In this document: in pieces, positions 42,411 through 53,357 of the stretch | How positions within the stretch are numbered: position 1 is the first letter of the stretch | Layout: each line of letters opens with the position of its first letter | NCBI RefSeq assembly: GCF_051903065.1 | Contig: NZ_CP178439.1 | DNA length: 64,000 nt | Strand: one strand, 5' to 3' | Source of the DNA: Escherichia coli | GTDB lineage: Bacteria; Pseudomonadota; Gammaproteobacteria; Enterobacterales; Enterobacteriaceae | Translations under genes and position numbers: made by a program | The notes under the pieces: model-generated | What the model saw: the letters and a program-made list of their open reading frames with translations, nothing else | What the model was told of the DNA's origin: nothing | Databases searched by the model: none

Positions 42411-43469
42411 ATGTCTAATGCCGCTATGAAGTTAAATGAAACATCTTCTGATGCTTATGAAAAATTAGAAGCTCTTCTTTCCCCGGATGTTATAAAGTTA
42501 AAACATTATGTGGATAAAGGTGAGTATCTTTTAGTTCTAGCAAAGGACCTTTTTGGTATTCCAGAAATGGATCCAAAGATGGCTGTGCCTGTTTTCAAAA
42601 CTAAAACCTCGTATCGAGCTCCGCTGAACAAAGACTACATACCAAATCCCCGAATACTTGAACAAGTGGTTAAACTGCTTATCAGTCCGGATATAGATTT
42701 AAGTGTGTGTCTTAAAGGTGAGTCCGGTTCTGGCAAGACTGAAATGGTAATGTACATTAGCCACATGATGAATTGGCCGCTGACAATTAAGCAGATCAAC
42801 AGCAATATTCGAGTTGATGAGCTTGAAGGTGAGCGCAGTCTTAATGGTGGTAATACAGGTTTTGTACACAGCGATTTGGTAACGGGATTTCGTAATGGTC
42901 ACCTCATTCTTCTGGATGAAGTGGACAAAATCGATCCTGATACGGCAGCAAAACTTCACATGCCCATTGAACGTAAGCCCTGGTCACTCAGTGCTAATGG
43001 TGGTGAGGTTATAACTGCTAATGGCTACACGCGATTTATTGGTACTGCAAACACAAACATGAGTGGAGGCGCTCGCCGGTTCGTTTCTTCTCAACGTCAA
43101 GATGCAGCTTTTATAAAGCGGTTCTTGATAGTTGAAATGGAGAAGCCCGACAAAGTTGCTTTAACCAATGTGCTTACTAAACGATATAGCTCTTTGCCTT
43201 TTCAGGTCATTGAGAAGTTCGTAAGAGTAGCGATTGCAGTAAATGACTCTGGTACAGAAGACAGTGTGATGGATATTCGTCAATTAGTAGCTTGGGTTGG
43301 CACGTCGATGACGTTAAAAACCTTTAGTCTTCTTGACACTTTCAAAATAGCTTTTGCTTCTGCTTTACCTTTACATGTGGTCGATCTTGTTCTTCAAGCT
43401 ATAGATCTTTCTCTTGGCGAAGACAAGGATAAATCGCTGGAGTATTTCACAGCAAAAAAGTCGAGTTAG
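42411..43469 (+). CDS. AAA+ ATPase, MoxR/CbbQ/CobS-like (AAA_5 type)
   Basis: 352 aa; Walker A GESGSGKT; Walker B ILLDEVDK; sensor-like TANT. Confidence 0.8.
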   Translation: MSNAAMKLNETSSDAYEKLEALLSPDVIKLKHYVDKGEYLLVLAKDLFGIPEMDPKMAVPVFKTKTSYRAPLNKDYIPNPRILEQVVKLLISPDIDLSVCLKGESGSGKTEMVMYISHMMNWPLTIKQINSNIRVDELEGERSLNGGNTGFVHSDLVTGFRNGHLILLDEVDKIDPDTAAKLHMPIERKPWSLSANGGEVITANGYTRFIGTANTNMSGGARRFVSSQRQDAAFIKRFLIVEMEKPDKVALTNVLTKRYSSLPFQVIEKFVRVAIAVNDSGTEDSVMDIRQLVAWVGTSMTLKTFSLLDTFKIAFASALPLHVVDLVLQAIDLSLGEDKDKSLEYFTAKKSS

Positions 43470-43837
43470 ATGGGATTTGTTATGAAACCTCTGATATTTG
43501 TATCTCAGAGTTATCCCATCTTGAATTTAGTGCGTTTTTAAGTACGGATGGTGCTGCTACCATTGCTATAGCAAAAAACGGAACTAATTTTACTGGACTT
43601 ATGCAACTGAATAACGACTATTCTTTATTGTTTTATCATGATGGTAAAATAAATATGGAAGGTCTGATTAAACAAATGGAATTAAAAGGTTATATGTATC
43701 AGGGAGCAATGGGCAATGATGATGTTGTTGCTGAGTTTCCCGGTATTCTTTTAATTTCACCAGAGTAGCTTTAATATCAACCCTATCGGGAAATCTTTCC
43801 CGTTGGGGAGGGTTTCCCCTTTTTTTTGGAGAAACCC

Positions 43838-44965
43838 ATGACTTTAAATACTTCAATGCTTAACAAAGTATCTGCAAAACAAATCTCTGAGAATTTTGCA
43901 AAATCATATCCAGATTTACTGGAAGGTGCAGTTATAACAAAAATTGAAATAAGTGGCTGTCAAGGATCGCGTCGAACCGATAAAATCGATTTGTCTTATG
44001 ATGGAGATGATATTACGGATCAAAAAAGCGTATCTAAAAGCGAAGTACGCTGGATTGACATAAAAGCCCTTAGCTTCAAAAGTACGATTACCAGCAGAAT
44101 ATCAACTCTTTGCTCACGCTTGTGCATCCGCTATAGCAATATGTGGATTTTACCAGTATCCAGTATGGAAGAGTTTCTGGAAGGGGCCCAAGAGATTGAA
44201 CGAGAGTTTCAGGCAGGTATTCAAAACGTTGTAGACAATTATGAGATGCATATTGAGGCTGAAAAAAATAGAAGCCCAAGAATGTCTTCTTTGATTGATC
44301 AGTTGAAATTAACTAAAGATGATTTCATAAAATCCTTTAGATTTAATATTGCTCACTTTATTCCTTTTACGCCTATTAGCGTTGAAGGTGATGAAACCCA
44401 GGACTACTATCAGGAACAATTGATAACAGATCTGGCAGAAGAAGCAATGAAGGTTTATGAAAAAATTAGCAAAAATAACAATTTGCGCTCAAGTACTATT
44501 GACCGACTGAAGCAAATGCAAAATAAGATCATTAGCTTCATGTTTATACATAAAGAGGCGGCAGTACTTGCAGAAGCTATAAAACACATAATGAATAATT
44601 TACCTAAAGGTGCCATTTCTGAACCTCGCGACGTTGCGGTGTTACAGCAGTGGTTTTATTTCATGAGTGATGCTTCAATGTTAAAGCGTATTATTTCAGG
44701 AGAGCAAAAGGTTACTGACTGGTTGGAATCTATTACCAGATCATTTAATCAAAGCTCACAAACAGAACCGAACGCGCTACAGAACACAGGTATTGAAGCT
44801 ATTTTAGATTCAACAAATGTGTTCCAGGTTGAACCTGTCGTAGAGAACGATATAAATAACAGCACGTTTTCAAACACTGATCCTGTAGCTGAACCTGAGA
44901 AATCAGTTTCGCAACAGGAAGACAATGTTGAAAATGGTTTTGATATCGAGCTCAAAGGCTGGTAA
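43838..44965 (+). CDS. Hypothetical protein between the AAA+ ATPase and the vWA protein
   Basis: About 375 aa; ATG at 43838 after RBS GGAG (track start 43826 is a TTG). Confidence 0.55.
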   Translation: MTLNTSMLNKVSAKQISENFAKSYPDLLEGAVITKIEISGCQGSRRTDKIDLSYDGDDITDQKSVSKSEVRWIDIKALSFKSTITSRISTLCSRLCIRYSNMWILPVSSMEEFLEGAQEIEREFQAGIQNVVDNYEMHIEAEKNRSPRMSSLIDQLKLTKDDFIKSFRFNIAHFIPFTPISVEGDETQDYYQEQLITDLAEEAMKVYEKISKNNNLRSSTIDRLKQMQNKIISFMFIHKEAAVLAEAIKHIMNNLPKGAISEPRDVAVLQQWFYFMSDASMLKRIISGEQKVTDWLESITRSFNQSSQTEPNALQNTGIEAILDSTNVFQVEPVVENDINNSTFSNTDPVAEPEKSVSQQEDNVENGFDIELKGW

Positions 44966-45042
44966 CTGTTTGCTTTATTAAAAACCCCAGATGGGTACTT
45001 CACCATCTGGGTGAGTACCCCTTTTTTATAAAGAGGTATTCT

Positions 45043-47055
45043 ATGAAATTAGATCTTAAATCATCACCGCGCCATATTAAGCGTTTACAGAATATAGCAA
45101 AAGTCATTAGCGGCTTAGGCGATGTAAGAGTTGTAATAGACGACAATACCAAAGGACCGTATTTTGATCCTGTAAATAAAGTTTGTGTTTTACCAAACGG
45201 CGATTATAGCGATGATGACTTTGTCAGTCTGATTGAAGGTTTTACCTGTCATGAAGCTGGTCATGGTCGCTATACCGACAGCGAGGTTTACAGTGACGCC
45301 TTTAATAGTGTTCTCAAGTCATCTGAAGGGTTTACACGCTTCGATGACGGAATGAATGCAGAGTTTGAGAGCCTCGCTGAGAAACGTAAAGCTTATAGCA
45401 GGGCAAAACGTCTTACCGGGCTTATAAATCTGTTCGATGATGTACAGATGGAAGAGAAGGTTGGTAACGATTATCCGGATGCAAAGCGGCGGCTTGCAGC
45501 CACTTACGCACTGATGGTTAAAGCCGGAAGGATGACTCCTGATATATCTTCTCGTCCGGAAAATCCTGTCCTATTTATTGAGTGGTATCTGCTTAACTCA
45601 TTGCGAGTAAAAGTCCTTCAGCAGGCAGGTCACAAAGAAACACTCGATCCGTTTTTTGACTATGCCCAAAAGATACTTTCTCCAGTAATTTCTGATGTTG
45701 AGGAAATTTTTCATGATGCTCTTGGTTGTGAAAATACTCAGGGCTGTGAATCCCTTGCTCGTAAGACCCTGGCTCTTTTAGAGAGACTGCGGGATGAGGC
45801 AAGGGAACAACAGCAGCAGACAGAGCAGGAGGAGCAGGAGGCATATGATGAATCCGAGACCGAGACCGAGACCGATACCGAATCAGAAGATAAATCGCTT
45901 GAGTCGACTGATAGTCGTGAGGATGATTCTGAGGACGATAGTGAAGGTCAGGCAGATACTTCCGATAACTCTGATCTTGCTCAAGAGGGATGTTCTGAGC
46001 CTTCAGAACTTGCTGAAGATAACGAGGGAAATAATGAACCCACCGGTGGCAATCCCACAGGTGATAACATTATTGAAGACGATACTGATGCGATTAACCC
46101 TTCCGAGAGTGAATCAGATGAAGCCAGTTCGACTAACGTTGAAGATGAAAGTAACTTTTCATCGGCTCAATGGGAGATACTGGCAGATTTGTTGGATGCC
46201 TTTCTTGGCAGTGATGAGGATAGCGAAGATTATCACGATGCTTTGGCTAAAGAGATTGAAGGTATTGCATCAAAAGTATCCGATGACGTGAAAGCCGAAT
46301 TCGGTGCTTCTGAATGGGATATCCCTGATCTCCTTATCGATTTGAATGTTTACAATGAGGCTTTGTCTCTGAGTCATTCAATCGGTAGCGACTTGTCTGT
46401 TTTACAGCAGGTTAAAATGCGTGGCCGAAACAAAACTCATGAGCGTGGAATTACCTTCGATGGAAATCGATTAATTCTGTCACCAATGGGAGTTCGTGAT
46501 GTCTTCAGAGCTCAAAGCGAATCTAAAAATAGAGGGCATGTTGGCCTCGTATTAGTTCGTGATATTTCAGCGTCAATGGCTAATGATGAAAGATATATTC
46601 ATGCCATTAAGTCAGATCTTGCTTTATCGATGGCCGCTGAAAGTTTGTCAAAAATGCATGTCTCCAATATAGTCTTTCCCTTCAAGGAAAGTGAATTTGA
46701 GATTATCAAAACGTTTGATCAAAGCGTTGAGGAATCTCTATCGAAATTCACTCTTGGATGTAAGGGTTATTATACCCCTACGGGATCGGCTTTAATGGCA
46801 GCTGTTGATCTGTTACTTGACAGCCAATTCGATAGGAAAATAATTTTTCTTATAACTGATGGTTATCCGAATAAATCGGAATTTACTATCGGCGAAGTTA
46901 TGGAAAAGGCTAAATGTAATGGAATAGAAATCGTTGGTGTTGGTATTAAGACTGATGAAATAATTGGTTTTGAAACGGACACTTTCGTAACAGTTGATGA
47001 TACTTCTTTATTGTCTATTGAAGTCAGTAAGCTAGTTCATCAAATACTTTCTTAA
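45043..47055 (+). CDS. von Willebrand factor A (MIDAS) domain protein with N-terminal HExxH and an acidic linker
   Basis: 670 aa; HEAGH near residue 70; long D/E/S/T-rich linker; C-terminal vWA with D-x-S-x-S (DISAS), Thr (YTPTGS) and Asp (ITDGYP). Confidence 0.8.
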   Translation: MKLDLKSSPRHIKRLQNIAKVISGLGDVRVVIDDNTKGPYFDPVNKVCVLPNGDYSDDDFVSLIEGFTCHEAGHGRYTDSEVYSDAFNSVLKSSEGFTRFDDGMNAEFESLAEKRKAYSRAKRLTGLINLFDDVQMEEKVGNDYPDAKRRLAATYALMVKAGRMTPDISSRPENPVLFIEWYLLNSLRVKVLQQAGHKETLDPFFDYAQKILSPVISDVEEIFHDALGCENTQGCESLARKTLALLERLRDEAREQQQQTEQEEQEAYDESETETETDTESEDKSLESTDSREDDSEDDSEGQADTSDNSDLAQEGCSEPSELAEDNEGNNEPTGGNPTGDNIIEDDTDAINPSESESDEASSTNVEDESNFSSAQWEILADLLDAFLGSDEDSEDYHDALAKEIEGIASKVSDDVKAEFGASEWDIPDLLIDLNVYNEALSLSHSIGSDLSVLQQVKMRGRNKTHERGITFDGNRLILSPMGVRDVFRAQSESKNRGHVGLVLVRDISASMANDERYIHAIKSDLALSMAAESLSKMHVSNIVFPFKESEFEIIKTFDQSVEESLSKFTLGCKGYYTPTGSALMAAVDLLLDSQFDRKIIFLITDGYPNKSEFTIGEVMEKAKCNGIEIVGVGIKTDEIIGFETDTFVTVDDTSLLSIEVSKLVHQILS

Positions 47056-47126
47056 TAAACTCTACCCAATCGGGGCAAAAGGCCCCGGTGGGTCTTTTTG
47101 CTCCATGAAGGAATAAGGAGCAAAAT

Positions 47127-47348
47127 ATGACTCAGATAAAAACTTACCGTGTAGAACATGAAAAAGTCGGTGCGATGCATAAAGTCCGTATTTTCGGACG
47201 TGTTGGTGAAGTTATAAGCAATGATAGCCCTCAGGAAAGAATCTTCCGCGAAGTCACTATAGCGGAGGGTAATAGCCAGCAGGCTGCGTTACTTGTAGAT
47301 AACTACATACAGCGTCTTGAGAATAATGGCTTCACGACTGAAGCATAA
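47127..47348 (+). CDS. Hypothetical small protein
   Basis: 73-aa ORF with RBS AAGGAG upstream, between two hairpins. Confidence 0.45.
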   Translation: MTQIKTYRVEHEKVGAMHKVRIFGRVGEVISNDSPQERIFREVTIAEGNSQQAALLVDNYIQRLENNGFTTEA

Positions 47349-47461
47349 ATGTTGAGGGCCCCCGGGCCCTCTTTCTTAAATTCTGCGTTGTGGGTTTCTC
47401 CCTGTCTTCTGCACCGCAGAAGGCATTGAGAAACTCACAATGCCAGATAAGAGAGATCATC

Positions 47462-48694
47462 ATGACTTATGCATCCCCGGCTCTTCGTCGTAATCCACAG
47501 GAAGTATCTGAACACTTTATTAAACTCGTTCATGCTCGAATTGCTGAAGTGTCTGGCTGGAAGTATATATTCGAAAGAATACCTGCTTTCAAAGACGCTT
47601 GTGCAAAAGCCCCGAGCCAGGTTCCTTGCCCGTTTACTGGCGCAGGGAAATCGAAGTTTCGTTTCCGACAAAAAGACCTTTATACCGGATGTGCGATCCA
47701 TAATGACTTTCCGGTAAATGAGTTTTGCGACGGAATTGATGTTCTGGCGAAATATTATGAATTAAGTAAAACGCAGACTTGCAAAAAGATTCTCTCAGAT
47801 TTTTTCGGGATGGATCTGCATGCTCCGTTAACTGACGCCGACATTGAAAATGAACGACGCTATAAATCAGCAGTTCGTGCCACAGAAACTCTTGACCGAG
47901 AGGAAGTGGCAAAGCGAATGCGAAAACTTGATGTGATGTATCACTATACCGGTGAAATCAAGCCTAATACTCCTGTTGCTTTGTACCTCCGTAATCGTGG
48001 GATCTCCCGCTTACTGAGTCACTTACCAAAGGATTTAGGCTTTAATAACCGGATCTACTATTGGGATAAAGATAAGCAGAAATCGATTATCTATCCGGGA
48101 ATGATTGCGATCTATCGTGACACCCGAGGTCGGCCTCTGACTATTCATAGAACATACGTAGACAAAAATGGTGATAAGGCACCTGTAGAAAATCCAAAGC
48201 TGATGATGAAGCCTCCTGCCGATATGACAGGTGGCTCAATTCAGTTGTTTGACCCTCACTATGATTCAGGTAGTTCGACCTGGACACTGGGAGTGGCTGA
48301 AGGGATCGAGAACGCGCTTTCTGTTGTAGAAGCGACTTCAACACCATGCTGGGCAGCCAGCTCCGCATGGTGCCTTGAAAACGTTACTGTTCCTGATTTT
48401 TTACTGCCTCCGCCGGATGTAAAATCTATAAACTTTTATATCTGGGCGGATAAGGATATTGCTAACTCACAAGGCACTCGTGCCGGTATTGAAGCTGCTC
48501 AGCGACTTCAAAGCCGCATGGTTGAGTTTTTGGCTAAACGATATCCCGCATCAAAGCTGACAATTGAAGTCTTCGAACCAGCACAAGATATTCCTGATGG
48601 GAAAAAGGGTATCGACTGGAACGATGTTCTCCAGTTAACAGGGCAGGATGGATTCCCGATTCACTGGGCTCCTGAATGTCTTAATCAGCTGTAA
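47462..48694 (+). CDS. TOPRIM-domain primase-like protein with N-terminal Cys-rich zinc-ribbon-like region
   Basis: CPFTGAGKSKFRF...GCAIHND Cys cluster; TOPRIM-like EGIENALSV (Glu) and IWADKD (DxD). Confidence 0.55.
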   Translation: MTYASPALRRNPQEVSEHFIKLVHARIAEVSGWKYIFERIPAFKDACAKAPSQVPCPFTGAGKSKFRFRQKDLYTGCAIHNDFPVNEFCDGIDVLAKYYELSKTQTCKKILSDFFGMDLHAPLTDADIENERRYKSAVRATETLDREEVAKRMRKLDVMYHYTGEIKPNTPVALYLRNRGISRLLSHLPKDLGFNNRIYYWDKDKQKSIIYPGMIAIYRDTRGRPLTIHRTYVDKNGDKAPVENPKLMMKPPADMTGGSIQLFDPHYDSGSSTWTLGVAEGIENALSVVEATSTPCWAASSAWCLENVTVPDFLLPPPDVKSINFYIWADKDIANSQGTRAGIEAAQRLQSRMVEFLAKRYPASKLTIEVFEPAQDIPDGKKGIDWNDVLQLTGQDGFPIHWAPECLNQL

Positions 48695-48964
48695 CAACGA
48701 TAACTCCCCCGCTTTTTGCGGGGGGGGTTATCTTATCAATATTATATTTTAAAATTGTATTGATAAGATAACCGCTTTCCTTCGTGATAATTACCTGCCT
48801 TTAAGGTCTTTTCACGGCTGAGATGCTTGCTCAGTTAAATAAATGTGCGGTACTACTGGCTATGGTCGGTTGTATGACATGGTTATTCCATAAACTATTA
48901 AAACCCATAACGGGAGTATTACCGTTATGGTGATGCTCGTCGTTTTACATCGGAGAGCATTTTA

Positions 48965-49486
48965 ATGAATTTTCAAATTAACGAAGTTTTTAATAAATTT
49001 GCTGCTGTTATAAAATCGCGCATCGTCAATGAACCATCGTCATGCTATTTGCTGCATGATAATGAGATAGATATAACGATTTTGAAACATAGCATATTAG
49101 AAAATGACAGAAACCTGTTGTACGTAGTTCGTCCTTCAGGAACGTGTTTGTTGCGTTGTGACAAATATTTCTATCCGAAATATTATCTTCGTTGCCGTGG
49201 AGATTATAAGTCATTCATATATGTCCATCTTGATCTACATAGTGGTGAAGCTAAAGAAATCACATGGGAGCAAGCAGACGATATGCTGTCTAGTCCAGGA
49301 AAACCCCCATTAAAAGGGAATCTTGGACGATTTGAGTATATAAAAGTTGTGGTTGAGGACCTTCGTATTCGAGGTTACGCTGATTATCTTCCTGCGTATA
49401 ATCTTGATGACCTTCGCCGTTTTGCCTTACAGGACGACCGCCCATCCCTTGTCAGATACATTGACAATGTCATGGCAACGGTCTGA
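48965..49486 (+). CDS. Hypothetical protein
   Basis: 173-aa ORF; no recognisable motif. Confidence 0.5.
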   Translation: MNFQINEVFNKFAAVIKSRIVNEPSSCYLLHDNEIDITILKHSILENDRNLLYVVRPSGTCLLRCDKYFYPKYYLRCRGDYKSFIYVHLDLHSGEAKEITWEQADDMLSSPGKPPLKGNLGRFEYIKVVVEDLRIRGYADYLPAYNLDDLRRFALQDDRPSLVRYIDNVMATV

Positions 49487-49564
49487 TTGATTGCTAATTG
49501 ATTTACATATTTTCCCTGATGGCCAACCTGCATCAGGGAGGCCTCAATAACGAATGGAGGCTGT

Positions 49565-50443
49565 ATGAAGTTAGCTACGGACCTGGTAAAAGCTATTTTG
49601 ATTAGAAATGGCGTTGAACCAGTAAATATAAGCGAATCATCTAAGTTATCTTTGAAACAACCACTGACAGAACTTAAATTCAGTTTATATTTGCGAACTG
49701 AGCATTTATCTCACTTCCTACCCGGTTATGTTTATTCTATAAAAGAATGTCCACTGTCATATGACATCGGGATCGAAATTCAGAAAATCTTCGAAAGTTT
49801 ACATTTGTTAAACGAAGAATTTGAATCCCTCGGTTTTGTTTCTGTATGGATAGAAATGCATCAAAGCATTTTTGAACAAAGTCGGTTTAAGAAAAGTAAC
49901 TTTACTTTTCGGGAGGAAGAGGTCGAGCTTGCTAAAGGGCTTGTTTGTTCTCACAATTCACAAATAAGTAATGCGGCTTATTTCTGGCTTCAGCACTTTG
50001 AGGAGTTTATGATTTATGTTCGTAATAAGCTTATCGACCTCTTTCGAGAGGCCTATGACCTGATCCTTGGAATGCAGCAAGTATTTTTCATTCGGGAAAA
50101 GGAAGAGCTGTTGAAAACTATAAGTTATGGCGATGAGCTGTATGAGGTGAAATTCATGGCGGCTGAGCTTTACTCTATCGAACAGAACTTAAAGTGTTCT
50201 GAATCGATAAGTACAAAATCTCAAGCTTCGGCATATATTAACCGCATCCGTGAGTTTGTGCGTTCGGGGTGGAGGCAGGGCTATATAGTCTGCCATCATA
50301 AGCGAAGTAATCAAATTTCATCATTGTCATTACCGATGTACTTGAAAGATACGTCAGGCCGAAGTGCTCGAAAGCGAGTAAAACGTCTTATATCTTCTAC
50401 AGTTTGTGGTAGAAATAAAGATTTAGGTCTTACAGATTTTTAA
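49565..50443 (+). CDS. Hypothetical protein, possible distant member of the tandem paralogue family
   Basis: 292 aa; N-terminal pattern LVKAILIRNGV resembles the other members; hairpins on both sides. Confidence 0.5.
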   Translation: MKLATDLVKAILIRNGVEPVNISESSKLSLKQPLTELKFSLYLRTEHLSHFLPGYVYSIKECPLSYDIGIEIQKIFESLHLLNEEFESLGFVSVWIEMHQSIFEQSRFKKSNFTFREEEVELAKGLVCSHNSQISNAAYFWLQHFEEFMIYVRNKLIDLFREAYDLILGMQQVFFIREKEELLKTISYGDELYEVKFMAAELYSIEQNLKCSESISTKSQASAYINRIREFVRSGWRQGYIVCHHKRSNQISSLSLPMYLKDTSGRSARKRVKRLISSTVCGRNKDLGLTDF

Positions 50444-50513
50444 TTAAATTATACCCATGTGGGGATCACACCCCATATGGGAGTGATCCCTTTTTTTATT
50501 GAGAGAGGATCAC

Positions 50514-51269
50514 ATGAAAATTATCGAAAAAATCATTAATGCCTTTTTGGTTGTTCAACATAAAAAAATACAGGTTAAAAACATTACATTTTTAGACAAT
50601 GGGCAGGGCATGTTCTCTGGTATGTCTTTTGATGCTGATGTTTCACTGGAGTTTATGTATGAATCAGCAAAAGCATATAGTTCTTGTTTCTGTGATATTC
50701 CCTTTCCAGGTTTTGAAGATGCAAATCTGGAGGAAATTACGAAATTTCAATTAGATGCTCTGAAGCAAAGAAAGAATCATTCTTTCTTTGTTAACCATTT
50801 GAGGTTTCCTATAGTTTTAAGGGAAGGGTGCAAAATCGAAAGAGGAGAAGTCTATTCAATTTCGAATTGCACTTATAATAAAGAAAGATTGCAGTATCTT
50901 TTTTCTCAGGATATTTACGGTAAGTTGTATAATTCCTTAGAGAAAGAATTAAGCTCGTTTTTCTCATTTATCAATGTTGAGGTGCACGAGTTGTTAAAAG
51001 ATGCTGTATGCTTTGCATTAAAAATCCTGAATAAGATATCTTTGGATACACCTGAAAGACTTATTAAAGCTTTTAATTATCGTGACTGGTATTGTAGTTA
51101 CGATGTTGAGCTTTTTAGGAAAGGCTTACCTGGTCATATTCTGGAAGAGCTCATTGCTCCAGATATCTTACTTTCAGACCTTAACGGTTGTAGAAAAATA
51201 CTTAGAAATGCAAAACGATTTCTAAATGGACATACACAAACCAATTGTGTTTATATTAAATATGAATGA
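50514..51269 (+). CDS. Hypothetical protein, possible distant member of the tandem paralogue family
   Basis: About 251 aa; ATG at 50514 after RBS GAGAGG; N-terminal IEKIINAFLVV pattern. Confidence 0.5.
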   Translation: MKIIEKIINAFLVVQHKKIQVKNITFLDNGQGMFSGMSFDADVSLEFMYESAKAYSSCFCDIPFPGFEDANLEEITKFQLDALKQRKNHSFFVNHLRFPIVLREGCKIERGEVYSISNCTYNKERLQYLFSQDIYGKLYNSLEKELSSFFSFINVEVHELLKDAVCFALKILNKISLDTPERLIKAFNYRDWYCSYDVELFRKGLPGHILEELIAPDILLSDLNGCRKILRNAKRFLNGHTQTNCVYIKYE

Positions 51270-51517
51270 TGGTTGGGGCCTGTTGATACCTCACACTCAG
51301 CTAAGTTGATGTCTGACAAAGAAATTAATAACCGAAGTGACTTGAAGAATTTTTCAAAGGTCTTTTTCAAAGAGTGTTTAAGTTCTGGTAAGTCGGAATA
51401 TGAAAACCATCTTAGTGAAAAAGAACATGCGCTTCGCTATAATTATTAATTAAAATTATTTTCTCCCATAGGGATTTCTCCCTATGGGAGAAATCCCTCT
51501 ATTAAGAGGGTATTGAA

Positions 51518-52438
51518 ATGAATGCTATACAAAAGTTAGTTGAATCTATTCTTGTTAAAATGGGTTTTGTTGGCGCTGTAGTGGAAAATATATATTTGGA
51601 TTCAAAACCATTTCGGCATATTCGATTTGTGGCTGATATTCCAGTAATATCTTTTCTACCTCATTTGGTGAAATATCTTAAGGGTGCAGACCATCTTTAC
51701 AGTGGTAACGATGATTTGCATCCTCTTTTCATTTATTTTTCCGAAGCGGCTACATTAAAAGCAGGTCCTGTAAATCTCGCGAACTTTCGTTTTGAAGTTT
51801 CTATAGCTTCAACTCATTTACGACTGGTCTCAGAGCAGCCTGATTTGCTTTTCAAAGGATTTAACCGGGATAATCTAGAATACGTTTATTACCGCTCAGA
51901 TTTGGCCTCTAAGGATCTTATACTAGGCCTTGTTGAACACGGTTCTCCTTTCATAAAACATCTACATGGACTTATACAAAAGCGAATTTTAAACGAGTTC
52001 TCTCTGATTTTTTCTGTTCTTGAAAAGATTTTAGAAAGCGCGAAGCCACAAATTCTTGCTTGCTTCCATAGTGTTGATTATGAAATGAACGTAAAAATAA
52101 TAGCCGAAGCTATACCTGAAACTGTATCTAATCAGATAGTCACATCTGATTATATAGTTAATTCTATATCAGATGCGGACAAGTTTATAAATCATGTTCG
52201 TCGCTATTTAGCAGGCAGGGTAATGAAGAGGCGGATATACGCTGAATTAGATGTTTGTGAAGAAACATCAAGTATTTCACTAGTGAACTTAGGATGCTTT
52301 ACGTCTCCTCTGCTCGTTACGGAATATCAAATGTTTAAGCCACACTCTTCAGGGTTATATCGAAAAGCTATAAACAACTCCTTAAAACAGTTCAAACCAG
52401 AAATGCATGTACCTTCTGAAGAACTCTTTTATAATTAA
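51518..52438 (+). CDS. Hypothetical protein, possible distant member of the tandem paralogue family
   Basis: 306 aa; N-terminal QKLVESILVKMGF pattern; hairpins on both sides. Confidence 0.5.
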   Translation: MNAIQKLVESILVKMGFVGAVVENIYLDSKPFRHIRFVADIPVISFLPHLVKYLKGADHLYSGNDDLHPLFIYFSEAATLKAGPVNLANFRFEVSIASTHLRLVSEQPDLLFKGFNRDNLEYVYYRSDLASKDLILGLVEHGSPFIKHLHGLIQKRILNEFSLIFSVLEKILESAKPQILACFHSVDYEMNVKIIAEAIPETVSNQIVTSDYIVNSISDADKFINHVRRYLAGRVMKRRIYAELDVCEETSSISLVNLGCFTSPLLVTEYQMFKPHSSGLYRKAINNSLKQFKPEMHVPSEELFYN

Positions 52439-53357
52439 TCTAACCCATCCGGGAACCTGCTTCCCGGTGGGAAGCACTTCCTTTTTAGTCATGAGGTAGT
52501 GTAAATGTTTAAAGAATCTGACCACGTGGAATTTGTTAGTGCCTTTCTTTATCAAAATTTAGGCCTTAATGTTTCCGCTGACGATATAACCGTTCAATTA
52601 TCTGATACTTCGTTCGACAAAGTAACCTTTGATTACGATGTAGATATCGATAATTTAAATTGTATGTTGGATCTCTACATATCTGAGCTAATAAAGCACA
52701 ACGCATCTTACTCCGATTCTATTCTTTTGAAACAAAAAATAATTTATTTTCTTGGAGTATTTAAGAATTTCGGATTTTTTACGTTTGATATTCGCGGATA
52801 TAGTAATACTTTAAGCCCAGTTAAAGTTATTGATATTGTTTCAATGATTATTAATGACTGTGAAGAGTTATCTAAAGCTAATTCTTCTACTGATGCTATA
52901 AGAAATCTTTATCTCGATAAAATGAAGGTGGATGGGAAAGTGTTAGTTGCGAAATTTGCACTTAAACAGTTTTTTCATTCCGACTTTGGTGACTTTATCT
53001 CATTTGTCGAGAAAAGAATTACAGATTGTCTTAATGAAACTTTAAGGATTATCAAAGCTGTTGAACATGGCTTTGTACGTGTAGGGCAGCATAAGATTAA
53101 TCGCCGTATTAATGATGACTTAAAGTTATGCATTGATTTCAATACTGATGATTATCCGGCAAATATGCCAGATATATATATTAAGTTTAACGATACATTT
53201 GATGGGAACGGGGCGTTATATTGTGACAATGATGCCCTCATATCCCTCTATACCGATGTTGCTTCAATTATCAATGTGCCGGTGATGATGGAAGTAAGAT
53301 TGATCAATAAAAGAGGGCGTGTTGTCTGTGATTCTTCGCATTCAACTTACGTATCTC

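Noticed and set aside
45593-46291. ORFs of 83 and 165 aa overlapping the acidic linker of the vWA gene
   Set aside because: Alternative-frame artefacts of a low-complexity region.
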